Of a stretch of 63,146 nucleotides of DNA, positions 29,490-39,063 are shown piece after piece; the stretch's first letter is position 1, and every line of letters begins with the position of its first letter. The notes under the pieces were generated by a model, which worked only from the letters and a program-made list of their open reading frames with translations, had not been told where the DNA came from and made no database searches. Origin of the DNA: Actinomycetota bacterium (GTDB lineage: Bacteria > Actinomycetota > UBA4738); the NCBI GenBank assembly GCA_035623615.1, contig DASPTB010000227.1, forward strand, positions 1-63,146, read 5' to 3'. The position numbers and the translations under genes are program-made.

Positions 29490-30080
29490 TCAGCGTTTGG
29501 GGGGGGCGCCGCGGTTGAAGGTGCTCTGCGCCGCGTCGAGGCCACCGGTCACGATCGCGATCGCCGCGCCCGCCGCGTCCTCGACGAGCACGTCGAGCTC
29601 CTCGCGCTCGCGCGCGCCGAACGGCGACAGGACGAAATCGACCGGGTCCTGCCTGCCCGGCGGGCGCCCGATGCCTACCCGCACGCGATAGAAGCCGGGC
29701 GTTCGCAGCCCCGAAGCGAGCGAGTCGAGGCCATGGTGGCCGGCGGTGCTTCCGCCGAACTTCAGCCGGAGGGCGCCGAAGGGCAGGTCGAGCTCGTCGT
29801 GGACGGCGATGACGTGGTCGGGCGCGATGCCGCGCTTGCGCGCCAGCGACCCGAGAGGGGGCCCGCTCTCGTTCATGTACGTCGTCGCCTTCGCTATGAC
29901 GACCGGCGTGTTCCCGGCGCGCGCGTCGGCGGCCGCCGCGGCGACGAACCGGACTTTCCTGAGCGTGACGCCGAGTCGGGCACACAAGCGGTCGACCACC
30001 ATCGCGCCGACGTTGTGCCGCGTCTTTGCGTAGCGTTCTTCGGGGTTCCCCAGGCCCGCGATCAGCCAGGGATCGTCCAC
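29490..30080 (-). CDS. pth: Peptidyl-tRNA hydrolase
   Basis: It has LIAGLGNPEERYAKTRHNVG and HDELDLPFG..RLK.GGS.AGHHGL. The start is GTG. Confidence 0.95.
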   Translation of the reverse strand: MDDPWLIAGLGNPEERYAKTRHNVGAMVVDRLCARLGVTLRKVRFVAAAAADARAGNTPVVIAKATTYMNESGPPLGSLARKRGIAPDHVIAVHDELDLPFGALRLKFGGSTAGHHGLDSLASGLRTPGFYRVRVGIGRPPGRQDPVDFVLSPFGAREREELDVLVEDAAGAAIAIVTGGLDAAQSTFNRGAPPKR

Positions 30081-30111
30081 GTGGTCACCTTCCCTCCGAA
30101 CGGACGGAGGG

Positions 30112-30792
30112 TCAGGACTCGCCGCCGCCCTCGGTCTCCGTCGGAGCCGCGGGCGCCTCCGCGCCCTCGCCGGCGGGCGCCTCCGCGCCCTCGGCCGCCT
30201 CCGCGCCCTCGGGCACGGCGACCGCCTCCTCCTCCACTCGGAGGATCTGCGGAGTCACGACCGACACGACGACCTCGCTTCCGCTCGTGACGATCGTGCA
30301 GTCCGCCGGTGGCGCCAGCTGCTCGACCTTCAACGACTCGCCGATGCCGAGGGCCGTTACGTCCGCCTCGACGGCGTTCGGGACGTCTTGCGGCAGGCAC
30401 TCCACCTGCACACGCCACAGATGGTGCTCCACCACGCCGCCCTCGCGGACTCCGTGCGAGTCGCCCACGATGTGGACGGGCACCTCGACCAGAATCTTCT
30501 CGTCGCGCGCGATCCGGTAGAAGTCGACGTGCAACAGCCGGTCGCGCAGGTGGTCACGCTGGACCTCGCGCGGCATTGCGAGCCACTCGTCGCCGCCGAC
30601 CTTCAGGTCGACGAGCACGTTCATCCCCGCGTCGGTGTGGAGCAGGTGATACAGCTCGCGAGCATCGACGTCGATCGTGACGGGGTCGCCGTGCCCGTAG
30701 ACGACGCCGGGGACGCGGCCCGCAGCCCGCGTCTTTCGCGCCACTCCCTTGCCGATATCGGTGCGGCGCTCGGCCTTCAGCTTGCGTTCCAT
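30112..30792 (-). CDS. rplY: 50S ribosomal protein L25, Ctc form
   Basis: ATG 30792 has AAGGAG upstream. The N-terminus is MERKLKAERRTDIGKGVARKTRAAGRVPGVVYG, and the C-terminal tail is acidic and Ala/Glu-rich. Confidence 0.93.
   Translation of the reverse strand: MERKLKAERRTDIGKGVARKTRAAGRVPGVVYGHGDPVTIDVDARELYHLLHTDAGMNVLVDLKVGGDEWLAMPREVQRDHLRDRLLHVDFYRIARDEKILVEVPVHIVGDSHGVREGGVVEHHLWRVQVECLPQDVPNAVEADVTALGIGESLKVEQLAPPADCTIVTSGSEVVVSVVTPQILRVEEEAVAVPEGAEAAEGAEAPAGEGAEAPAAPTETEGGGES
30151..30211 (-). repeat. Three tandem copies of a gcctccgcgccctcg-type unit encoding EGAEA repeats in the L25 tail
   Basis: A 19-nt block is identical at 30151-30169 and 30175-30193, with a third near-copy at 30194-30211. 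Confidence 0.8.
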
Positions 30793-30909
30793 GTCGCGGA
30801 TGCTCCTTCGAAGAGGTCCTCGGATGCCCGCGGGCAGCGTCCCTGCCCGCGGGAACCCCCATTGTAGCGACGGTCGAGCGGGCACGCGGAGGGCCGCCCC
30901 GGGCGGCGG

Positions 30910-31932
30910 TCAGGGCTGGTTCTCGCCGCTGAAGATGCCCGAGACGGACTCGTCCTCGAAGACCGCGTTGAGCGCGGAGGCGACGATCGGAGCGATCGAG
31001 AGCACGGTCAGACGGTCCCCCAGCACCTGCGCCTTCTCCTCCGGGATCGGCAGGGTGTTGGTGACCACCACTTCCTTGATGGGGGACTCGGCGATCTTCT
31101 GCACGGCCTTGCCCGACAGAACGGGGTGGGTGCAGAGCGCGTAGATCTCGGCGGCGCCCTCGGCCGACAGAGCCTTGGCCCCTTCGGCGATGGTCCCCGC
31201 CGTGTCGATCATGTCGTCGATCAGGATGCACCGGCGATCGGCGACGTCGCCCACGACCACGACCTGCTCGATCTTGTGCGCCTCGTGGCGGGAGCGGCGC
31301 TTGTAGATGAAGGCCAGGTCGGAATGCAGGTCGGTCCGCAGGCGCTGGGCGCTCTTGATGCGCCCGGCGTCGGGCGAGACCACCACGATCTCCTCCGGAG
31401 ACGAGATCATCTGCTTGACGTGGTCGGCGAGGAGCGGCATGGCGGTGAGGTGGTCGAAAGGAAGGTCGAAGAAGCCCTGGATCTGGCCCGAATGCAGGTC
31501 GACCGAGATCACGCGGTCGGCGCCCGCGGTGGTGAGAAGGTCGGCGATCAGCTTGGCCGAGATCGGCTCGCGCGCGAGCACCTTGTGATCTTGGCGCGAG
31601 TACCCGTAGTAAGGAATGACGGCGGTGATGCGCTTGGCCGACGCCCGCTTCAGCGCGTCGATCATCACCAGCTGTTCCATGATCATCTCGTTGACCGGGT
31701 CGGCGTGCGTCTGCACGATGAAGGCGTCGGCGCCGCGAACGCTTTCGTCGGAGCGGACGTAGATCTCCCCGGATGCGAATCGCGAGATCTTCGTGTGGCA
31801 CAACTGGATTCCGAGGTGCTGCGCGATCTCTTCCGCGAGCACCGGGTGGGAGGTTCCCGAGAACACCATCATCCGCTTGCGTGTGGTGATGTCCTTGTGA
31901 TCGGGAACGTCTTCCTCGCGGTGCGACCCCAT
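30910..31932 (-). CDS. prs: Ribose-phosphate pyrophosphokinase
   Basis: It has MMVFSGTSHPVLAEEIA, VIPYYGYSRQD and DDMIDTAGT. I chose ATG 31932, but the start is uncertain by about 20 codons. Confidence 0.93.
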   Translation of the reverse strand: MGSHREEDVPDHKDITTRKRMMVFSGTSHPVLAEEIAQHLGIQLCHTKISRFASGEIYVRSDESVRGADAFIVQTHADPVNEMIMEQLVMIDALKRASAKRITAVIPYYGYSRQDHKVLAREPISAKLIADLLTTAGADRVISVDLHSGQIQGFFDLPFDHLTAMPLLADHVKQMISSPEEIVVVSPDAGRIKSAQRLRTDLHSDLAFIYKRRSRHEAHKIEQVVVVGDVADRRCILIDDMIDTAGTIAEGAKALSAEGAAEIYALCTHPVLSGKAVQKIAESPIKEVVVTNTLPIPEEKAQVLGDRLTVLSIAPIVASALNAVFEDESVSGIFSGENQP

Positions 31933-31945
31933 GTCCCTACCGTCC

Positions 31946-33439
31946 TCAGCCACGGCCTCCCCCTCGCTTGGATGTGGTCCGCTCCTCGCCCGGCCCTCTC
32001 CCACCGTGCGACGAACGTTTCCGACCGTCGTAGCCCTTCACCGTCCGCTGCTCCGACCGCTCGACCGCCAGGGCGCCCGCGGGCACGTCCCGGCTGACCA
32101 CCGATCCGGCGCCGGTCCACGAATGCTTCCCCAGCCGAAGCGGCGCCACCAACATCGTATCCGAGCCGATGAACGACTCGTCGCCGATCACGGTCCGCTG
32201 TTTCTCGTAGCCGTCGAAGTTGCAGGTGATGCTCCCGGCGCCGACGTTCACGCGCCGGCCGATCGTGGCGTCGCCCATGTACGACAGGTGGGGGACCTTG
32301 CCGCCGGCGCCCACGGTGGTGTTCTTCAGCTCCACAAACGTCCCCGCCTTGGCGCCTTCCCGCAGGACGGTGTCCGGCCGGATGCTCGCGAACGGGCCAA
32401 CGGTCGCGGCAGCGCCGATGCGGGCGCCGCGCACGACCGAGAACGTCACCTCGGCGCCGTCGGCGACGGTCGTGTCCACCACGCGGGTGGACGGCCCGAT
32501 CGAGCATCCCGCGCCGATCCGCGTGGCGCCCTCCAGGAACGTGAGCGGGTGCAGGATCGTGTCCGTGCCGATCCGCACGTCCACGTCGACGTACGACGTG
32601 GCCGGATCGATCACCGAGACGCCGTTCGCCATGTGCCGTTCCAGGATGCGGCGCCGCATCACGGCGGTCGCCTTGGCGAGCCCGCCGCGTGAGTTCACCT
32701 GGGGGAGCTCGCCGCCCACGTCGACCGGGACGAGGGACACGGTCTCGCCCTTGCCGAGCAGGATCGGGAAGACGTGGTGGAGGTAGTACTCGCCCTGCCG
32801 GTTCTCCCGGCCCACGAGCGGCAGGGCCTTGAACAGGTCCTCGCGCCGGAACGCGTACGCGAGCAGGGCCACCTCGTGGATCGCCCGGACGGCCGGCGTC
32901 GCGTCCGGCTCCTCTCCGATCCCCGTGAGCGCGCCGCGCTCGTCGCGGACGATCCGGCCGTAGCCCTTCGGGTCATCCAGGACGGCCGTGAGGAGGCTCG
33001 CCGCAGCCTTCTTCCTGCGATGCGCCCGCACGAGCGTGCGCAGATCCTCAGGTGTGAACAGCGGGTCGTCGCCGGCGAGCACCAGCACGTCGCTGCAGCC
33101 CGCGACGGCCTGCTCGGCGACGCCGACCGCATGGCCGGTGCCGAGGCGCTCCCCCTGCACGACGAACCTCGGCTCGGGCTCGATACCCCACGACCGGACC
33201 GCTCGTTCGACCGGTCCTCCCCCGTGCGACACGACGATCACGAGGCGGTGGGCACCGGCGCCGTGGATCGCCTTGAGCACGTGCCAAAGCACCGGCCGTC
33301 CGCAGATCGGGTGCAGAACCTTCGGGGTCGCGGACCGAAGCCGCTTTCCCTTGCCCGCCGCGAGGACCACCACGGCAAGGCTTCGAGAAGCTCGGCGGGG
33401 GGAAGGTCGTCTCGAGGCGGATCGCGCTCGCGCGTTCAT
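31946..33439 (-). CDS. glmU: Bifunctional UDP-N-acetylglucosamine diphosphorylase / glucosamine-1-phosphate N-acetyltransferase
   Basis: It has VVLAAGKGKRL, left-handed beta-helix hexapeptide repeats and a basic C-terminal tail. An internal GTG about 20 codons downstream is an alternative start. Confidence 0.93.
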   Translation of the reverse strand: MNARARSASRRPSPRRASRSLAVVVLAAGKGKRLRSATPKVLHPICGRPVLWHVLKAIHGAGAHRLVIVVSHGGGPVERAVRSWGIEPEPRFVVQGERLGTGHAVGVAEQAVAGCSDVLVLAGDDPLFTPEDLRTLVRAHRRKKAAASLLTAVLDDPKGYGRIVRDERGALTGIGEEPDATPAVRAIHEVALLAYAFRREDLFKALPLVGRENRQGEYYLHHVFPILLGKGETVSLVPVDVGGELPQVNSRGGLAKATAVMRRRILERHMANGVSVIDPATSYVDVDVRIGTDTILHPLTFLEGATRIGAGCSIGPSTRVVDTTVADGAEVTFSVVRGARIGAAATVGPFASIRPDTVLREGAKAGTFVELKNTTVGAGGKVPHLSYMGDATIGRRVNVGAGSITCNFDGYEKQRTVIGDESFIGSDTMLVAPLRLGKHSWTGAGSVVSRDVPAGALAVERSEQRTVKGYDGRKRSSHGGRGPGEERTTSKRGGGRG

Positions 33440-33547
33440 TCGGTAGCTCGGACTCCCACGCGTTTTCTACCGGCCGCGGTTCCGATTGGCAAGCCGAGGC
33501 CCGTACCGGCGATTGTCCCAGACGGCGCTACGCTCATCCCGCGATAG

Positions 33548-33620
33548 TGGGCCCTAGTCCAATCGGCAGTGACGCCGGGTTTTGGTCCCGGAGATCCGCG
33601 TTCGAGTCGCGGGGGCCCAG
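33548..33620 (+). tRNA. tRNA-Gln (anticodon UUG)
   Basis: A hand-folded cloverleaf gives an acceptor stem TGGGCCC/GGGCCCA (U1-A72), anticodon stem CCGGG/CCCGG, loop TTTTGGT, T-arm CCGCG-TTCGAGT-CGCGG and discriminator G. CCA is not fully encoded (CCG follows). Confidence 0.93.
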
Positions 33621-33626
33621 CCGAGG

Positions 33627-34586
33627 TCAGGATCCCTCCGAGTCGGTGTAGAGGACGGGACGGCCGGCGATCCGCTCCAGATCTCGTTCCGCCTGCGCGC
33701 CCAGACGCCGCGTATCCGGGGGAAGAATCCCGACCACCGTCGGCCCGCTCCCGCTCATGACGGCAACCGGCACCCCCGCGCGATGCAGCCGTTCCTTCAC
33801 CTCGTGCACCGCAGGGTGGCGCCCGGCCACGGGCTTCTCGAGGTCGTTGCGCAGCAGGGCGGCCAGCGACGAGAGGCCGCCGGCACCCCCGAACGCCCCG
33901 GGCCGCAGCGCCGCGAGGGCGCCGGCCGGGTCGGGACCTGTCTGCCCGCCGTCTTCGTCCCACCAGCCGAAGGCGTCGGCGGTCGAGACGCCGAAGGAGA
34001 ACGTCACGAGCACGAGCGCGAGCCTCGCGACCACGGCGGCCTCGACTCGCTCGCCGCGGCCGCGCGCGACCACCGGCCGGCCGGCGAGAAGCGCCGGGAC
34101 GTCGGAGCCCACCTGCGCCCCGACCCGGCCCAGCTCCTCGTCGCCCAGGCCGAGGCTCCAAAGCGCGTTCAGGGTCGTGAGCGCGGCGGCGGCGTCCCCA
34201 CTGCCGCCCCCGAGGCCGGCGGCGGCGGGCACCCGCTTGTCCAGGACGAACTCGGCGAACCCGCGGATGCCCCCCGCAGCCTCCGACAGGGCCGCGGCGG
34301 CTCGCAGGACGAGGTTGCTCTCGTCGAAAGGAACGCCCGCGAGGTACTCCGGGTCGCCTGCGAGCTCGAGCGTGACCGAGAGGCTCCGGAACACCCCCGA
34401 GTCGGCGAACGCATGGACGCGGAGGCGGTCGGCCAGCCCCATCGGCACCATGAGGGTCTCGAGCTCGTGGTAGCCGTCGTCGCGCCGTCCGAGCACCCGC
34501 AGGAAGAGGTTCACCTTGGCGGGCGCCGGGACGATCAGCGTGTGTGGCGGAACGGGGGGCGCCGGCTCCCCTGCGGGTTCCGTCAC
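33627..34586 (-). CDS. ispE: 4-diphosphocytidyl-2-C-methyl-D-erythritol kinase
   Basis: It has APAKVNLFLRVLGRRDDGYHEL and the GHMP motif PAAAGLGGGSGDAAA. GTG 34586 overlaps the rsmA stop (GTGA). Confidence 0.92.
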   Translation of the reverse strand: MTEPAGEPAPPVPPHTLIVPAPAKVNLFLRVLGRRDDGYHELETLMVPMGLADRLRVHAFADSGVFRSLSVTLELAGDPEYLAGVPFDESNLVLRAAAALSEAAGGIRGFAEFVLDKRVPAAAGLGGGSGDAAAALTTLNALWSLGLGDEELGRVGAQVGSDVPALLAGRPVVARGRGERVEAAVVARLALVLVTFSFGVSTADAFGWWDEDGGQTGPDPAGALAALRPGAFGGAGGLSSLAALLRNDLEKPVAGRHPAVHEVKERLHRAGVPVAVMSGSGPTVVGILPPDTRRLGAQAERDLERIAGRPVLYTDSEGS

Positions 34587-35485
34587 CGCGCGCTCCGGCC
34601 GCTCTCTCGGGACGCGAAATCCGGCGGCCTGCGGGCGAGCACCGCCGCGGTCAGCCGCCCGAACTCGTCCAGGCCGAGCTCTTCCGGGCGCGCCATCTCG
34701 TCGATCCCCGACTCGCCGAGCGCCGCGACGGCCTCGTCCCGCGACAGCCCCAGGCGCGTGAGGCCGCTCCTGACGGTCTTTCGTCGCTGCGCGAACGCCT
34801 CCCGGACGACGCGGAACAGCGAAGCTTCGTCGACCTCGACGGGGGGGGTGTCCCGTCGATCGATCCGAACGAGCACCGATTCGACTCCCGGCGCCGGCCA
34901 GAACACGCTTGCGGGAACGCGCCGCTCGACGCGCGCGTGCGCGTGGTACGCCACCCGCAGGCTCACCGCGCCGAACTGCTCGTCGCCGGGAGCCGCCGCG
35001 AGCCGGTCGCCCACCTCTCGCTGCACCATGACGAGCAGCCGGCGGATCCGCGGCTCCTCCTCGAGCGCGCGCAGCACCAGGCGAGCGCCGACGTTGTAGG
35101 GAAGGTTCGCCGCCATGACCCACGGTGCGGCCGCCGTGCCCAACAGGTCGTCCCACGAGGCGGTGAGGGCATCGCCGGAACGCACGCTCACGCTGTCCAG
35201 GTTCCCGACGACCTCGTCGAGCGCCGGCAGGAGCCGCGCGTCGACCTCGACGGCGACGACGCGCGCGCCTGTGGCAGCGAGCGCGACCGTCAGCGAGCCG
35301 AGCCCGGCGCCGATCTCGAGGACCCGGTCCCCGACGCCGACGCCGGCGAGGTCTGCGATGCGTGTTGCCAGCTTCGGCTCGATCAGGAAGTGCTGGCCCA
35401 GCGACTTACGGGGGGTGATGTCGTGGCGGCGAGCGAGCGCCCGGACCGCCGCCGGGGTGAGGCTCGCCGTGGCCGGGCCGGTCAC
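34583..35485 (-). CDS. rsmA: 16S rRNA (adenine1518/1519-N6)-dimethyltransferase
   Basis: It has KSLGQHFL, the SAM motif VLEIGAGLGSLT and NLPYNV. I chose GTG 35485. The track ORF extends further upstream. Confidence 0.92.
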   Translation of the reverse strand: MTGPATASLTPAAVRALARRHDITPRKSLGQHFLIEPKLATRIADLAGVGVGDRVLEIGAGLGSLTVALAATGARVVAVEVDARLLPALDEVVGNLDSVSVRSGDALTASWDDLLGTAAAPWVMAANLPYNVGARLVLRALEEEPRIRRLLVMVQREVGDRLAAAPGDEQFGAVSLRVAYHAHARVERRVPASVFWPAPGVESVLVRIDRRDTPPVEVDEASLFRVVREAFAQRRKTVRSGLTRLGLSRDEAVAALGESGIDEMARPEELGLDEFGRLTAAVLARRPPDFASRESGRSAR

Positions 35486-35522
35486 TGTTGCGCCAGGGGT
35501 CCCCGTCCCGGCCGGCGAGCGT

Positions 35523-36518
35523 CTACCAGGTGATCTGAACCCTCGCGACGCCCTGGGAGAGGGGCGCGAGCGCTGCGAAGGCCGGCGAGCAGAGGTCGAG
35601 GATCCGTCCCGCTCCGTAGGGGCCACGGTCATTGATTACCACAGTGACCGATCGCCCGTTGGCGAGATCGGTCACTGTCACGGCCGTGCCGAACGGCAGC
35701 CACGGGCTCGCGGCGTGATAGCCCGAGCAGCCGTACCAGGACGCGACCCCCGTCTTGGACGTCGGCGGGTTCTTCGCCGAGCCCTCGTAGAGGATCTGAT
35801 CCACCGGCGCCACGATCACCTGCACGGCGACGATCTCGCGAGAGATCAGCCGCCCGTTCCTGTACGTCGCGACGACGGTCTCCCGACCGACGCCGTTCGA
35901 TCCACTCCTGTTGACCTCCGTCTCTCCCACCATCAGGTCCGGCGAGTACCGCACGAGCGTTCCGTACGGAAGCACGACCTCGACGACCTCACGCTTGCGC
36001 TGGACCTTCAGGACCCGCACCGTGAGGGCACCCGTGATCGGCGTGCTCGCCGAAGGCCGGAGGATGTCGTCGGCCCCGAGTCGCAGTCCCAGCGCGCGCA
36101 CGAGGTCGCCAACGGATTCGGCGTTGGTGACGACGAACTCGGGCCGACCCCCCACGCGAACCTGAAGAGCGGTCGAGGGCCCGGAGTCCACCACCTCGCG
36201 GGCCGACCGCCGCATCAGCCCGTAGGCCGAGACGACGTGTCCGGACGGGACCACGAAGGCCCAGACCCCCGGCGACGGCTTGGCTGTCGCCGCGTCCAGA
36301 CCGGCAGACGCGGCGCCGGTCGGCGCCGAGACGGTGGTCGCGGTATCGAGTGCCTGCGGGGTGGGATCGGGAGTCGGCGCGGGCGAGGCCGCCGGGGAGG
36401 CGGTCGCGTCGGTGCTCGACGGACCGGCCGATGCGGCGACCGTCGACACGCGGGCCAAGCTCAGCCCCGTGAGCATGGCCAGGAAAAGTACGCTTGCCCG
36501 CCGCTTCTCGAGCGACAT
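35523..36518 (-). CDS. Secreted DUF348 / G5 / RlpA-like double-psi beta-barrel protein (YabE/RpfB positional counterpart)
   Basis: It has a signal peptide, one DUF348-like module (VRVGGRPEFVVTNAESVGDLVRALGL) and a G5-like segment (VLPYGTLVRYSPDLMVGETEVNRSGSNGVGR). The C-terminus reads GVASWYG...VTVVINDRGPYGAGRILDLCSPAF, which is RlpA-type. Confidence 0.85.
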   Translation of the reverse strand: MSLEKRRASVLFLAMLTGLSLARVSTVAASAGPSSTDATASPAASPAPTPDPTPQALDTATTVSAPTGAASAGLDAATAKPSPGVWAFVVPSGHVVSAYGLMRRSAREVVDSGPSTALQVRVGGRPEFVVTNAESVGDLVRALGLRLGADDILRPSASTPITGALTVRVLKVQRKREVVEVVLPYGTLVRYSPDLMVGETEVNRSGSNGVGRETVVATYRNGRLISREIVAVQVIVAPVDQILYEGSAKNPPTSKTGVASWYGCSGYHAASPWLPFGTAVTVTDLANGRSVTVVINDRGPYGAGRILDLCSPAFAALAPLSQGVARVQITW

Positions 36519-36676
36519 CCACCCACTCCCATCGTCGTGAGAGCACGCAGCGGGGAAGCTGCTCCGAACGGGGCCCTGCGCGTTGCCAGCCCGCCGACCC
36601 TAGCAAAGCCTCAACCTTTACTGCAACCTGTGCGGCGAACGCCCGTTCGGGGCTGTTCTTGGGCGCGGCGAACCCT

Positions 36677-37516
36677 CTAGCGAAGCAACGGGAAGGCGCG
36701 GCGAGCGGTGTCCGCGGTGCGACGGACCATGAGATCGAAGTCGAGACCTCGCAGATTCGCGAGCGTCTCCACGACGTCACGCACGTGTGTCGGCGAGTTG
36801 CGCTCGCCGCGCATCGACTGCGGGGGAAGGAACGGGCTGTCGGTCTCGACGAGCAATCGATCCTCCGGCGCGGCCGACGCCGCCGCGCGGATCGCGTCGG
36901 CTCCGGGGTACGTGATGTTGGCGCTGAGCGAAAGGAAGTACCCGCGCGCCGACGCCTCGAGCGCGATGTCCTCGTCGCCGGAGAAGCAGTGGAGCACGAC
37001 AGCCTCGGCCCGTTCCTCCTCGAGGATGCGCAGCGCGTCGGGCCACGCCTCGCGGACGTGGACGACGAGCGGCTTGCCGGACTCCCGCGCCAGGGCGATG
37101 TGGGTGCGAAACGCCCGCTGCTGGTCCTCCGCGGGAGAAAGCCTCCGGTAGTAGTCGAGACCGGTCTCCCCGACGCCGATCACCAGGGGGTTGGCGAGCA
37201 GCTCCTCGACCGTCGAGCCGGCGTCTCGATCGAAGGTCGAGGCATCGTGGGGATGAACGCCGGCCGTGGCGAAGACGCCCTCGATCGACTCGGCGAGCTC
37301 GAGCGAGCGCCGGCTCGACGCCGCGTCGACGCCGACGCAGACGAGCCGTTCCACGCCGACGGCCCTCGCCTCGGCCGCGACCACGGCGGGCTCCTGTTCC
37401 ATCAGGAAGAGGTGACAGTGCGTGTCCACCACGCCCGCCCGCCCTTCGGGCTCGCCGGAAGGATCCAAGACGGCCGCTTCGGAGGATTCCTCAACCGCGG
37501 GTGGAGGGTTAGTCAT
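36677..37516 (-). CDS. tatD: TatD family metal-dependent hydrolase
   Basis: It has DTHCHL, GVHPHD, IGETGLDYYR, HVREA and ETDSPFL. The ATG overlaps the end of metG by 8 nt. Confidence 0.93.
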   Translation of the reverse strand: MTNPPPAVEESSEAAVLDPSGEPEGRAGVVDTHCHLFLMEQEPAVVAAEARAVGVERLVCVGVDAASSRRSLELAESIEGVFATAGVHPHDASTFDRDAGSTVEELLANPLVIGVGETGLDYYRRLSPAEDQQRAFRTHIALARESGKPLVVHVREAWPDALRILEEERAEAVVLHCFSGDEDIALEASARGYFLSLSANITYPGADAIRAAASAAPEDRLLVETDSPFLPPQSMRGERNSPTHVRDVVETLANLRGLDFDLMVRRTADTARRAFPLLR

Positions 37517-39038
37517 CGAGCCGTGGGAACAGCGAAGGACCGCGGGCGACGGCGGTTCCCGGGCGCATGCCGCCCCACGCAGCCGCGTCCGGCAGCCGCT
37601 GGGCGGTGAGCGGCTCGGCGATCCCGAGCTGCTCCCACAGACGGGCGGCCGCGACGGGCATAACCGGTGAGGAAAAGATCGCGATGAGTCGCAGACCCTC
37701 CAGCGAGTCGTACAGGATGTCCGCGAGTTCCTCCCGGCGGGCCGGATCCTTGGCGAGCGCCCAGGGCGCGGTCTCGACGAGGTACCGGTTCATCTCCCCG
37801 ACGAAGTCGGAGAGGGCCGTCGCCGCGCCGGTCAGATCGATGGAGTCCACGGCCGCGTCGTACCGGGCGGACAGATCGGCGGCCGCGGCGGCCAGCGGGC
37901 GCGGCCCGGCGGCAGCCGGCTCGGGCACGCGGCCCCCCAGGTTCGAATCCACCATCGCGAGGACGCGGCTCGCGAGGTTGCCGAGACCGTTCGCCAGGTC
38001 GGCGTTGGTCCGCGCGACCATCGACTCCCACGAGAAGTTCCCGTCCTGGCCCCACGGGATCTCGCGCAAGAAGTAATAGCGATAGGCATCGACACCGAAG
38101 TGGTCGATGAGCTCAAAGGGATGGATGCCCGTCCCCCGGCTCTTCGACATCTTCTCGCCACCGAGCGTGAGGAAGCCGTGGGCGAACACGGTCTTCGGGA
38201 CCTCGAGCCCTGCGGCCATCAACAAGGCGGGCCAGATCACCGCGTGGAAGCGGATGATGTCCTTGCCGATGATCTGGAGGTCCGCCGGCCACACGTGGTC
38301 GAACAGGCTCCCCTCCTCGCCGTAGCCGGGTGCGGTGATGTAGTTCAGGAGCGCGTCGACCCAGACGTAGATGACGTGGCTCTCGTCCCACGGTAGCGGG
38401 ACGCCCCACAGCGCTTGGTTCCGGGAGATCGACAGGTCCTTGAGGCCCCCCTTGACGAAGGCGACCACCTCGTTGCGCCTGGTCTCGGGCATGACGAACT
38501 CGGGGTGCTCTTCGTACAGGCGCAGCAGCGGCTCCTGGTACTTGGACAGGCGGAAGAAGTAGTTCTCCTCCTTGAGCCACTCCACCTCGCGGAGGTGAAT
38601 CGGGCACAGCTTCCCTTCAATCAGCTCGCTCTTCTGCTTGAACTCCTCACACGACACGCAGTACGGCCCCTCGTAGGTCCCCTGGTAGACGTCGCCGTGG
38701 TCGTGGATCGCCTGGACGAACCGCCGCAGTGGCTCGGCGTGCCGCGGCTCGGAGGTGCGGATGAAGTCGTCGTTGGAGATCCCGAGCCGGCGCCAGACCT
38801 CGAGCCACTTGGGCACCATGCCGTCGGTGAACTCCTGCGGCGAGATGCCCGCCTCGGCGGCCGCCTTCACCACGTTCTGGCTGTGCTCGTCGGTGCCGGT
38901 CAGGAAGAAGACCCGCTCACCACGCATCCGGTGGTAGCGGGCGACCATGTCGCAGGCAATGATCTCGTACGCCGTACCGACGTGCGGCTCGGCGTTGATG
39001 TACGGGATCGAGGAGGTCACGAAGTAGGTGTCCTTCAC
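37509..39038 (-). CDS. metG: Methionine--tRNA ligase
   Basis: It has the HIGH-type motif PYINAEPHVGTAYE and KMSKS. The start is GTG. A TAAGAT hexamer lies 9 nt upstream (39053-39048). Confidence 0.96.
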   Translation of the reverse strand: MKDTYFVTSSIPYINAEPHVGTAYEIIACDMVARYHRMRGERVFFLTGTDEHSQNVVKAAAEAGISPQEFTDGMVPKWLEVWRRLGISNDDFIRTSEPRHAEPLRRFVQAIHDHGDVYQGTYEGPYCVSCEEFKQKSELIEGKLCPIHLREVEWLKEENYFFRLSKYQEPLLRLYEEHPEFVMPETRRNEVVAFVKGGLKDLSISRNQALWGVPLPWDESHVIYVWVDALLNYITAPGYGEEGSLFDHVWPADLQIIGKDIIRFHAVIWPALLMAAGLEVPKTVFAHGFLTLGGEKMSKSRGTGIHPFELIDHFGVDAYRYYFLREIPWGQDGNFSWESMVARTNADLANGLGNLASRVLAMVDSNLGGRVPEPAAAGPRPLAAAAADLSARYDAAVDSIDLTGAATALSDFVGEMNRYLVETAPWALAKDPARREELADILYDSLEGLRLIAIFSSPVMPVAAARLWEQLGIAEPLTAQRLPDAAAWGGMRPGTAVARGPSLFPRLDD

Positions 39039-39063
39039 GGTCGGGCCATCTTACGTGAGGCGT

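Noticed and set aside
36519-36676. Possible ydaO-type c-di-AMP riboswitch in the 158-nt leader of the G5/RlpA-like wall-protein gene. In other Actinomycetota this riboswitch class precedes rpf and other wall-hydrolase genes.
   Set aside because: Only a weak resemblance exists near the 3' part (CAGCU..CC.CG). The hallmark elements as I remember them (GAAUC-type segments, ACGGGG..ACCCA, GGGGUGAAUC) are absent on either strand. A covariance-model scan would settle it, but by eye it does not fit.
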